From a virus (taxonomy: Duplodnaviria; Heunggongvirae; Uroviricota; Caudoviricetes): DNA of 32,173 nucleotides. Position 1 is the first letter of the stretch. Every line of letters begins with the position of its first letter. Below are positions 19,029 through 28,091 of the stretch, piece after piece. Made by a program: the position numbers and the translations under genes. The DNA lies in the IMG/VR virus record IMGVR_UViG_2775506858_000003, positions 64,001 to 96,173 of that record; one strand, written 5' to 3'. Below the pieces are notes generated by a model that saw nothing but the letters and a program-made list of their open reading frames with translations, ran no database searches and was not told the DNA's origin.

Positions 19029-19590
19029 ATATGGTTTTCAAATAGAATCTCAGATTCGTGAAGCCTATGGGAAATTGGTTTATACATATACATGTCATAA
19101 TAAAATGCATCATAGACTTCTAAAAAAAAATAATAATTTAAAAATTTGGCAAATAGTTTTATCAGCAATTTCAACTGTAGGATTTTTTGGAATTGTATTA
19201 AGTAATCATAAAGATATAGTTGCGATACTCAGCGGAATAGTTTCAGTCATACTTTTAATCTTAAATGCTTATACTAAAAATTTTGATTTAGTAGAATCTG
19301 CACAGGCGCACCAAAAAGCAGCTGATGCATTGTGGAAGGTTAGAGAGGAATATGTTTCATTGTTAACTGATTTTGAAGTGTTATCACAAGAAGAAATTAT
19401 GAACATAAGAACCGAATTACAAAATAAAACCGGTGATATTTATTCCCAGTCACCTAAAACTGACGGTGAAAGTTATAAAGAGGCGCAAAAAGCCTTAAAA
19501 ACTGAAGAGGAACAGACTTTTTCAGAAAAAGAAATTGATATTTTGTTACCAGAGCCATTAAGAAGATGTAGTCGGAAATTATCAAATTAA
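19006..19590 (+). CDS. SLATT-domain two-TM effector
   Basis: ATG 19006 with GGAG RBS, overlapping the cyclase end. REAYGKLVYTYTCHNK, two hydrophobic helices, AQAHQKAADALWKVREEY.SLLTD. Confidence 0.8.
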   Translation: MERNSQTEYGFQIESQIREAYGKLVYTYTCHNKMHHRLLKKNNNLKIWQIVLSAISTVGFFGIVLSNHKDIVAILSGIVSVILLILNAYTKNFDLVESAQAHQKAADALWKVREEYVSLLTDFEVLSQEEIMNIRTELQNKTGDIYSQSPKTDGESYKEAQKALKTEEEQTFSEKEIDILLPEPLRRCSRKLSN

Positions 19591-19615
19591 TACTATAAAA
19601 GTAAATGAAATATAT

Positions 19616-19640
19616 GCGGCCAACAGGCCGCTTCTTCTTT
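19616..19640 (+). terminator. Intrinsic terminator for the SMODS-SLATT operon
   Basis: GCGGCC-AACA-GGCCGC-TTCTTCTTT, 25 nt after the SLATT stop. Confidence 0.6.
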
Positions 19641-20094
19641 AACCCAGCTGCAACATTACCCAATCCAGCTTAACCTTCGTAGGTTCACTGCAATCATCAT
19701 AGTGCCGCTTTGCCATTTGTATTAAGCTGTAGTGTCGGTTATCACAACACTGAGCGTATTCTGCAATATTTCCTTCCATGCGGCTATTTAAGCGCTCAAA
19801 GGCCGGTAATAGGTAAGTAAACAGTTTACCCATCTTATGAATACAAGCGGCGTTGTAAGCGATTTGGAATAGGTCATCATCGGTGATGAGGTGCTGGCCG
19901 GTATTGCCACGGGTGGTTACAGGCGAGTTTTCAATTGAATTAAGAAAACTCATTGCCAAATCAAAATCAGAAGCATTTATTTCAGTGTAGGAGCTGACTT
20001 TACATAGTGCATGCAGCTTCAAATAAATCGCTTGGTGGCTTTCAAGGGTTCAGTGGTGTCTTTTGTTTACGGCTTCTTTGATTTGTTGCTTTTG
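19617..20094. repeat. Direct repeat copy B
   Basis: Paralogous to 16715-17207, same orientation, 2902 bp offset. Confidence 0.9.
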
Positions 20095-20525
20095 GGGTTC
20101 TGTAACTTTACCATTACCGGCACTGTGTTGATTGAATGCTAGGCGCTCACACTGAATGAAATAACGTCGAACCATGCGGCCAATATCAGTCTTCTCAATC
20201 ATGGCGAGTTCTTTTGCCATATTAAGGGTTAGGTGGTAGTCAATTTTGTTATGACCGCCACGCTGTTTTGCTTTCCCGTTTTGGATAGCAAAAGTAAAAT
20301 CTTGATTTTCAATAAAATTATATTCATCAATACGATTACGAATCCAGGCTGCAAAAGCCTTGCCAACCTGCAAAACCTTATGCAATGTTCGCGCATCCAC
20401 CAATGATTCATCAACACCATTTAAGGTACTTTGGAATACTGGAACAGAGAAACTGGTTTGTGGCAACGGATGATTTGTATGATGGATTTTGGATGGGTGT
20501 CTGGTATAGATTTTGTTTGCATCAT
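19639..20525 (-). pseudogene. AntA/AntB antirepressor fused to the same C-terminal region as the KilA-N gene, disrupted
   Basis: VDARTLH..LQVG..F..WI..RI..Y.F.E..DF and LNMAKELAMIE are AntA/B motifs. In-frame TGA at 20050-20052 where copy A has CGA. The ATG with RBS at 20525 is one base out of frame with the ORF starting at 20466. Confidence 0.75.
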
Positions 20526-20676
20526 AATGTCCTAAATGAAATAGAAATATTTTGCGATAACATTAATGCAAGAATGTATACTGTATACTGTAGGAATAAT
20601 TTAGGTAATTAATCCAGTATAACTTAGCATTTTGATGCACATTTTTTAGGGTAAGGCTAGACTGGGAACAAAATAT

Positions 20677-22104
20677 ATGAATTTAGATATAAACATCCAA
20701 AACTTTGGCAAGGTAACTGATGCTTCAATCAAGCTGCGGCAGTTCACAGTCATTTCTGGGCCAAACTCAAGTGGTAAAAGTTTCATTACTAAAGCTCTCT
20801 ACAGCATTTTTCATGAAATCAATGACGAAATAACCTTAAAATTTCTTAATGAATTATTAAACAAAATTCAAAGTGGGATAGATGAAGTTGAAGCTTCGAT
20901 TCCTAATATTAGTGCCGGGGAAATAGGTATTTTGGGGGAGGCTAATAAAACTGTATATGAAATATATAATGAGATTATTCATAATGTTGAAAGTGTTCCA
21001 CTTTCCCAAGAAGAACAGTTAATTAGTCAAATTACTCCTTATGTTTTAAAGTTAGTATCTTATGGCAATGAGTTATTAGATGTAATAACTCCAAAACCTA
21101 GAAAATATAAGGCTTCAATTAATAGTATTGATTCTTTGAGAAAAGATTTAGATACTCTTGAAAAATTTACAGAAGATAGAAGGAAGTTTTTTGTTACTGA
21201 ATTAGCTCGAAAAATTAAATATGCATTAATTGAAAATTTTCAGGTTACTTCTTTGGATAAATTGATAAATTATGAAACTAATAGTGAAGAGTCAATATTT
21301 ATCCTTAACAGTGAAAATAGCTTTAAAATCTTAAAATCAGGAAGTATATCTTATTCATTTGAAAATAAAGATATTGAAGAACTACAAAGAATAAATAAAA
21401 TTATTTATTTAGAGTCACCTATTTATTGGAAGTTGAAGCTTCCATTAACAAAAATAAGATTAGATCGTTTGAGGTTTAATCGCTTTGCCAGAAGAAGTCT
21501 TGTAGAAACTTTATTAATTGGTGTTCCTGAGTATTTTTATGATTTAAATGATTTATTACAGCAACAGTTTGTTGAAGACAATAATGATAATTATTTTGAG
21601 TTTGTCAATAAAATTCAAGAAACTGTTGGAGGGAAAATTAGCATTTCAACTAAGGGAGAAATGCTATTCCAGCAAAATGGCAGTAAAACTAAAATTGAAT
21701 TAAATGCAACTGCTTCAGGCATTGTAAATCTTGGATTAATTGGGCTATTAATTGAGAAGGGAATATTGTCACCAGACAGTATGATTTTTATTGATGAGCC
21801 TGAAGTCAATTTACACCCTAATTGGCAGCATTTGATGATGGAGATTTTGTTTGATTTAAGTAAGTTTGGTGTACAAGTTGTAATTGCAACTCACAGTATT
21901 GATATGATTTATAAACTTGAAACTATTGTTCATAACAATGAGAATTTGTTGAACAGTGAGCACTTTGGAATTAATCATATAAATGAAAATGGAATTACTG
22001 AAGGTGATTTAGATATTTTGGAATCTATTCAACGTATCAAAAATGACTTGGGTGGTGCATACGCTGATTTATTTAAACAAAATAGTAAAATTTCTGGGTT
22101 TTAA
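20677..22104 (+). CDS. ABC-type (AAA_15/AAA_21-like) ATPase
   Basis: Walker A SGPNSSGKS, helical insert, YLES Q-loop-like, TASGI signature, Walker B IFIDEPEVNLHP, H-loop ATHS. Confidence 0.85.
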   Translation: MNLDINIQNFGKVTDASIKLRQFTVISGPNSSGKSFITKALYSIFHEINDEITLKFLNELLNKIQSGIDEVEASIPNISAGEIGILGEANKTVYEIYNEIIHNVESVPLSQEEQLISQITPYVLKLVSYGNELLDVITPKPRKYKASINSIDSLRKDLDTLEKFTEDRRKFFVTELARKIKYALIENFQVTSLDKLINYETNSEESIFILNSENSFKILKSGSISYSFENKDIEELQRINKIIYLESPIYWKLKLPLTKIRLDRLRFNRFARRSLVETLLIGVPEYFYDLNDLLQQQFVEDNNDNYFEFVNKIQETVGGKISISTKGEMLFQQNGSKTKIELNATASGIVNLGLIGLLIEKGILSPDSMIFIDEPEVNLHPNWQHLMMEILFDLSKFGVQVVIATHSIDMIYKLETIVHNNENLLNSEHFGINHINENGITEGDLDILESIQRIKNDLGGAYADLFKQNSKISGF

Positions 22105-22105
22105 A

Positions 22106-22786
22106 ATGGATAAAACTTGGAATTGTTTTTATGAAAAAATGGATCATGAGTTGGATGGTTGTTTAATAGACTTAAATGAACATGGATACAGAGTTGATCA
22201 AAAAAAGGGATTTTCAGATGGGCTAAGCAAGTATTGCTTTGATCTAATTAGAGAAAATCGTTATCAAGTGAAATCATGTGATTATTTTTATAAAAGGCCT
22301 AATCGGAATTATTTTTGCCTTGAGTTTACGCATTTGGATTTACAGCATACAAACAAAGTACCAGTTGATTCATTAATTAAGACATTAAAAAAAGACGCTA
22401 AAAAAACTATAGTTGAGCACATAGGTGACAATTCACGACTTATAATCAAAGAAGTATGTCAACAACTGGAAAAACTTTCTTTTGATAAGGTAATTGTAGA
22501 AGAATTATTAAAAAAAATTTCGGATACAGATAGATTGATTAGTCTTATGCATAGAAATAAGTCTGAGTTATTTACTGAGTGTGACCCTGACTTTTTCATA
22601 AAGAATTTACCTTTTATTGTGATAATTGAAAAGCCAAAAGATGAAGGTTTTTATAGGGTAATTGATAATGTACAAACTCAAATAAAGGTGCAAACAGGTA
22701 GTATAGGCCTAATACATATAGACAGTAGCTCATTCAGAATCATACCAATTCAGGATTTTATAACTTCATGCGAGCCAGTTGCATGA
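22106..22786 (+). CDS. Uncharacterised ATPase partner, possible PD-(D/E)xK-like nuclease
   Basis: ATG 1 nt after the ATPase stop. KSCDYF...FCLEFT resembles a D...E-x-(K) nuclease core, weakly. Confidence 0.6.
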   Translation: MDKTWNCFYEKMDHELDGCLIDLNEHGYRVDQKKGFSDGLSKYCFDLIRENRYQVKSCDYFYKRPNRNYFCLEFTHLDLQHTNKVPVDSLIKTLKKDAKKTIVEHIGDNSRLIIKEVCQQLEKLSFDKVIVEELLKKISDTDRLISLMHRNKSELFTECDPDFFIKNLPFIVIIEKPKDEGFYRVIDNVQTQIKVQTGSIGLIHIDSSSFRIIPIQDFITSCEPVA

Positions 22787-23051
22787 TTTATCAAATGAAA
22801 GAGGTGGTAAGTTAATGCAGTTACTTATTTGTAGTATTATTTAGCTTCCAATTATTTGAATTGTTAAATAATACTAGCCATAAATATTATTATGGCTGGC
22901 TGCAGAATATGACTACAAAAATTAGCAGCAAATCACTCGAAAGCCTATTGTGCACGAACAGTGGGCTTTCATGTTTATCCTTTTGATTCAAATTCAAAGC
23001 ACTTTTGTTGGCTTACTCACTCCAATCAATTACCATTCAAGGAGCAATGCT

Positions 23052-23363
23052 ATGAAACCATTGCTTTTCTCCGCTATATTACTTCTTACTTCGTGTTCTG
23101 ATTCAATCCACAGCGCAATACTAGGCGTAAAAGCCGAAAACAAAACGTCTGCCGTGATTAAGAGTGAAGTCATGGCTGCAACAGCAGAATTACCAAAAGA
23201 TGTAATTTTAAGGGGCGGAGAAGAACATTTTTACGCTGTCCTTGATAAAGATTACAAGCTGCAAATTGGGGATAGAGTTAAGGTTGATTGTGAACAGCTG
23301 AAGGATAAATCAATAGGGAATGTAGATTTGCTTTACTCAGAGCATTGTAAATTGATTGATTGA
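23052..23363 (+). CDS. Small lipoprotein
   Basis: AAGGAG RBS. MKPLLFSAILLLTSC lipobox. 103 aa. Confidence 0.7.
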   Translation: MKPLLFSAILLLTSCSDSIHSAILGVKAENKTSAVIKSEVMAATAELPKDVILRGGEEHFYAVLDKDYKLQIGDRVKVDCEQLKDKSIGNVDLLYSEHCKLID

Positions 23364-23700
23364 ATTTCTGATTTTTTGATATTGCAGAAAGCATTATTAC
23401 TTTTAGTTATTCAAAGTGAGATTTAAAATAAGGGAACATGAAAAAATCACGTTCTTAAATCCCATCAAAATAACAGCAAGTAGATAGCATTTGCTTCTAC
23501 GGTTTGATTCATTCGCCTTATGCATGAGGTAGTAGGGGGTTCTAACACCCATATAGAACCTTCCTACGCGAATGAAGCAATTCTGTTCTTATGGGTTGGG
23601 TATTAATGATGAATAAAATTTTGCAATTTCCACTACCAATTTTTGGGCGAGTTTCCTAATTACAGCCTCCTTAATATTAATTGCGAAGAAATTGATTTTA

Positions 23701-23735
23701 AAAGCCCCAAAGTTTAAATACTCAAGGGCTTTTGT
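23701..23735. terminator. Terminator-like hairpin downstream of ietS
   Basis: AAAGCCC...GGGCTTT stem with T-runs on both strands. Confidence 0.45.
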
Positions 23736-23752
23736 TTGTATAATCTTAGTAA

Positions 23753-25984
23753 TTAACTTTTTAACTGTATTCGGTTTTGTGGCTTGAATTGTGTTAGGAT
23801 TGAAGCATAGCTACGAATTACTTGGTTATATAAATCATTAATATCATATGCTTTTACAGTTATTACTAATGAATAAGGTATAGGCTTTTGTATTCTAGCT
23901 TTTTGTGCATTTTCTCTATAATGATAATATACATCAAATACTGGGCTAGATAATTTAGAAGCATCGAAAGTTTGAACATGTTTTATTATAGGTTCCCACT
24001 TATTACCCTCATCTCTGTTAATATACTCTGGGCTTTTAAACATTACTGAGTTTGTAAAGAATGTCTCACTAACTGGTTGTTGAGATTGTTTCCCATCAGT
24101 GAATCTATATTTAGTTCTATTAGGCCTAAAAATAACTTCGACTCCATGTCTTGTATATGAACCAGGAAACTCAATATCCACATCAGGCGAAATAGCTAAA
24201 GTAGCTTTTATATCAATTTTACCTTGTAAATTTACATTGTTAATTGGCACAGGGACTCTAAGATGTTGACTTACTAATAATTCACCTTGATACAAAACTG
24301 TAAACTCATTATCTTCAGATGTAATTAATTGAAGTGGGTCTAAAATAGCTCTTCCCCAGCCAACTTCTTTCAATGGAAAATTGAGCTGTTCGGCATGTTG
24401 AATCATTAATGCCCTTAATGAGAGATGGCTAACATCTTGACCGAGTGTGGCTCTTAGTGCTGCTATGGTTCTGAGCGCTAGTGGGGAAGCAAAACTGGTA
24501 CCTTGATTATCAGCTGTTTTGAAACCTGTGACATCTTTTTCAAGTATTTTAAATGGGTTGTCATCAGACCCTCCAAAAGTAACAAAGTCTGGCTTTGTTC
24601 TACCAGGGCATCGGCCAGGTCCAAATGCACTGTAGCTTGCCCGTTCCCAATGTTCACCTGTCGAAGTACATGCACCTACAGAAATTACATTAACTGCATC
24701 GGCTGGTACTTGTATTCTATTTAAACCTGACATTGCATCACGCTCTCCATTGTTGCCAATGGCTACTGTAGCAACTGAATTTCCTTGTGAAAAAATTTTA
24801 TCAATAGAAGCTGTCCATAAAGTAACCTCGTCGTCATCAATTGGCAAATCTGGTCCTAAGCTAATATTTACAAAATCATAGTAATTTTCATCCAAATGAT
24901 TTTTAATTCTATCTAATACATCAATTATTTCAAAATCATACAAACCACTTTTTTCATCTAATACTCTGACATGGTCAAGATGAGAAATAGGAGTTGGAAG
25001 TAAAGAGCTTGAATTGATAGAACCAAATAAGTATGCACCTGTAACAGCCAAGCCATGATTTAAATATTCTTGCGTTGGGTTACCTATTCCAGATGGTTCT
25101 ATATAATTTACCCATTTTTCAAGTTCTTTTGGAAACGGAATTCCTCCATCAAATATTACCGTTTTTATGGATGAATCAATTTCATTTGTTGAGGGAAGAA
25201 TGATATTAGATTTACTTATTGAGTGGTTTCGAGTTATTGGGGTAAATGGTCGCAAACTAGGCATGCCTCTTGCAACTCTTACAAAGGAAAAATCAGAGAT
25301 TTTGTTAATAATTAAGCTATTAGATACCGAAACTGGTAAGAACGTTAGCCCATCAATTTTTCTAATTTTACTAGTATTAATTTCTCCGCCTGACTTTTCA
25401 ACATATTCAATAAATAATTCTGTAATATCTATGTCGTCATCATTATGTAATACAACTTCAAAGTGATGAAGATTTTCATTTAACTCACCTTTAAATTTTT
25501 CTTTACCAGCCAAAGTAGATAAATTTTCAATGGTTACAATACCTTTTTCCATTGCATTGGAAATATTTCCTTCATGAAGCAGATTAAACCAGTGAGAGAA
25601 GTTTTTTTCTTCACCTGCGATAAAATATGATTCAGTGTTCGCGCTATCTGGATGCTTTGTAACTCCCCATTTTAAAGGAGTAATCTTTTCAGTTTTACTT
25701 CCAATGGCTCTAAGATTTAAAGAGTTCAACATTTCGATTGGATAATCAGATTTTGAAATATATCTTGGATGTAACGTTAACTTAGCAACAACCTGATTCT
25801 TAGGTTTTGCATCTCCTGGAAGTGATTCAAAAAAATTTTTAGCTTTTATTAAATTACTAGACAACCTATTAGAAGCTTCTGATAATGAGTAAGGAGGTTT
25901 TTTTCCATCACCACCACTATTAATTTTGACTCCCGAAGTCAAAATCTCACCGTTACCTATCAAAAAATTATTTTCTCGAGCCAT
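23753..25984 (-). CDS. ietS: S8 subtilase-family serine protease (IetS-type)
   Basis: Catalytic triad D (IFDGG), H (NHGLAV), S (GTSFASP). GNNG, NISLG and KPD motifs. Downstream of an AAA+ ATPase. Confidence 0.85.
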   Translation of the reverse strand: MARENNFLIGNGEILTSGVKINSGGDGKKPPYSLSEASNRLSSNLIKAKNFFESLPGDAKPKNQVVAKLTLHPRYISKSDYPIEMLNSLNLRAIGSKTEKITPLKWGVTKHPDSANTESYFIAGEEKNFSHWFNLLHEGNISNAMEKGIVTIENLSTLAGKEKFKGELNENLHHFEVVLHNDDDIDITELFIEYVEKSGGEINTSKIRKIDGLTFLPVSVSNSLIINKISDFSFVRVARGMPSLRPFTPITRNHSISKSNIILPSTNEIDSSIKTVIFDGGIPFPKELEKWVNYIEPSGIGNPTQEYLNHGLAVTGAYLFGSINSSSLLPTPISHLDHVRVLDEKSGLYDFEIIDVLDRIKNHLDENYYDFVNISLGPDLPIDDDEVTLWTASIDKIFSQGNSVATVAIGNNGERDAMSGLNRIQVPADAVNVISVGACTSTGEHWERASYSAFGPGRCPGRTKPDFVTFGGSDDNPFKILEKDVTGFKTADNQGTSFASPLALRTIAALRATLGQDVSHLSLRALMIQHAEQLNFPLKEVGWGRAILDPLQLITSEDNEFTVLYQGELLVSQHLRVPVPINNVNLQGKIDIKATLAISPDVDIEFPGSYTRHGVEVIFRPNRTKYRFTDGKQSQQPVSETFFTNSVMFKSPEYINRDEGNKWEPIIKHVQTFDASKLSSPVFDVYYHYRENAQKARIQKPIPYSLVITVKAYDINDLYNQVIRSYASILTQFKPQNRIQLKS

Positions 25985-26024
25985 TTCGTATCCCTTTATT
26001 TATCTATTTGAAGTATATATTTTA

Positions 26025-27113
26025 TTATTTTTTTTGATTTCTAAAAGTCCCTCTTACTACTCCTGTAATTTCACATGCTTTGCGTTCAGAATATCCCATA
26101 TCAATAAGTTTGTATGTTACAAATATTCGTTCTTCGCGAGATAAACCTGAAATCGTTTGTTCTATTTCTTTAGCTATCAAGTCTTGTATATTACATTTGT
26201 TGATTAATGCATTTTTTCTTAAAATATTGATTAATCTTGTCACTTCGGAAAATGATTTTCCATCATAACAAATGGCCAACAAATCAATTAATTTTTCATT
26301 TTCACTTGATAATTCTTTATCAAGTAATTTTGTAATTAGTTGTATTATTTCTAATTGATTTGGACATGGAAAGTCGATAACTCTATCAAATCGACGCCAT
26401 ACAGCTGGGTCTAATAGCTCAGGGTGGTTTGTTGCTGATATTAGCAAGCCATCAGTTGGCCAACTATCTATCTCTTGTAATAGAACCGTCACCAATCTTT
26501 TTAATTCACCTATTTCACCTGAATCATCTCTACGTTTAGCAATGGCATCAAATTCATCTAAGAGCAAGACACATGGAAAATTACGAGCATAATCTAAAAC
26601 GACTCTTATATTATTACCAGTCCTTCCAAGATAGCTACTCATTACAGCTGATAAATCTAGAGTTAACAAAGGTCTATTCAATTTATGAGCTAACCACTTG
26701 GCTGCCATGGTCTTTCCGACACCAGGTAATCCGGTAAACAAAAGTGATTTAGTTGGTGAAAGTCCGTTTTCAATTAATTCTAATGATTTTTCACGTTCAT
26801 TAATTGTAGAATTTAATTCGTTCTGTACATTTTGGGGCCAGATAATATTTTCATTTATTGAGGGTTTAAGCTCTTTTCGTAATAACTCCAATCTACTATC
26901 CAAATCAACTGGAACTGGAGCTTCCTCAAAATTTTTAGCTCTCAACAAGTATGCTTCATTCATTAAGTTAATGATTGATTTAGCTTCGCTTGCAAATTCA
27001 GAGCGCTCTTTAATTATCTTTGATAATATTTTTTTAGATATTAATGCAGCATCATCATATTTTCTCTGTGAAAGTAATCTAGCAATATGGATAAATTCTT
27101 TTTCATAAACCAT
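26025..27113 (-). CDS. ietA: AAA+ ATPase (IetA-type)
   Basis: GLPGVGKT, LLLDEFDAIAKRR, GELKRLV, SATNH, LDPAVWRRFD. Paired with an S8 protease. Confidence 0.85.
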   Translation of the reverse strand: MVYEKEFIHIARLLSQRKYDDAALISKKILSKIIKERSEFASEAKSIINLMNEAYLLRAKNFEEAPVPVDLDSRLELLRKELKPSINENIIWPQNVQNELNSTINEREKSLELIENGLSPTKSLLFTGLPGVGKTMAAKWLAHKLNRPLLTLDLSAVMSSYLGRTGNNIRVVLDYARNFPCVLLLDEFDAIAKRRDDSGEIGELKRLVTVLLQEIDSWPTDGLLISATNHPELLDPAVWRRFDRVIDFPCPNQLEIIQLITKLLDKELSSENEKLIDLLAICYDGKSFSEVTRLINILRKNALINKCNIQDLIAKEIEQTISGLSREERIFVTYKLIDMGYSERKACEITGVVRGTFRNQKK

Positions 27114-27246
27114 AATATTGTTCCATAGTAATAATATTGAAATATAAAGGAAATTATTACATTTGGTATAAGTTGATTAATTATTTTGAAAAATTGTACC
27201 ACAAAATATATTTCATTTTATGAAAAATTCTATTATTTTAGTAGAG

Positions 27247-27314
27247 GGGAACATAAGATAAATTCATAATAATAATATTCATAATACCCACTGATACTTA
27301 CAGTGGGTTTTTTC
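27247..27314 (+). promoter_or_regulatory. Putative late promoter and hairpin leader, copy 3
   Basis: GGGAAC 27247-27252, 27 nt, CATAAT 27280-27285, 29 nt with hairpin ACCCACTG/CAGTGGGT and T-run, ATG 27315. Confidence 0.7.
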
Positions 27315-28091
27315 ATGGCAGAAAACAATGTTGGCCGAATGCGGCAAGTTAAAATCGCATTCATTGAGCACTTGCTTAAAGGCATGGAAGAAATTCAGCC
27401 TATCACTCAGCAACTGAGTCGATTTAAAGCCCGTGAATATACAAAGCGCCTAAGAGCAGTTCCAAGTCGCATGGTTGATGATGTGACCAAAATGCTAGAA
27501 AGCTTTTGGACTGGCTCAAATGCGAATAATCAGGCGATTGATGCTGAGTTGCCGGTTATGTTCATCGCTTTCGGTAAGAATGACCGGCCAGCACCCGAAA
27601 GCCGTGGTCAGCCTTACGTGGTGAATGAAGTCATGCAGTTGGCCAACGATAGCGGCCATTATGATGTGAAGCTGCCTCATCGTGAATACGATGTACAAAT
27701 TGTATTTGTTGCCCATGAGCATGAATCAGCCATGGCAATGATGGATTATGTCAGCATGTACTTCAATCGATATGACAATCACCGGTGGCCAATTCAATGG
27801 CACTACGATGGCCATGATTTTCAAACCTATGGAATGTTTGATGATGGCTTTGAACCTGAGGCTATGAGCATTGACTTGCCTGTCGAACGTTCAAATATCT
27901 GCATTTTTTCTTGGAATTTTTCTATCAGCTTTATGAAGCCATTCATTCAAGGTGGAACTGAAGCTTTGATTGATACAGTAGGTATGCAAATAACACCGGT
28001 GCAGAAGTCAACATTATTCGGGTTTACTGATGAAGATACTGACAATCCTAATGGTAATTGGAATGCCGATATTGGGGATTGGAATCCATGA
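27315..28091 (+). CDS. Tail terminator-like protein (P1 gp24-like)
   Basis: LPVMFIAF and YDVQIVFVAHE.ESAMAM resemble gp24. In P1, genes 24, 6 and 5 are clustered. Confidence 0.55.
   Translation: MAENNVGRMRQVKIAFIEHLLKGMEEIQPITQQLSRFKAREYTKRLRAVPSRMVDDVTKMLESFWTGSNANNQAIDAELPVMFIAFGKNDRPAPESRGQPYVVNEVMQLANDSGHYDVKLPHREYDVQIVFVAHEHESAMAMMDYVSMYFNRYDNHRWPIQWHYDGHDFQTYGMFDDGFEPEAMSIDLPVERSNICIFSWNFSISFMKPFIQGGTEALIDTVGMQITPVQKSTLFGFTDEDTDNPNGNWNADIGDWNP

Noticed and set aside
20575-20593. TGTATAC tandem as an SOS (LexA) box
   Set aside because: It does not fit CTGT-N8-ACAG.
20664-20669. GGGAAC before the ABC ATPase
   Set aside because: It is only 7 nt from the ATG, so better explained as an RBS.
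22832-22897. AT-rich inverted repeats (12 bp at 22832/22865 and 8 bp at 22876/22890)
   Set aside because: Low complexity in very AT-rich DNA. They could be a terminator or operator but the support is insufficient.
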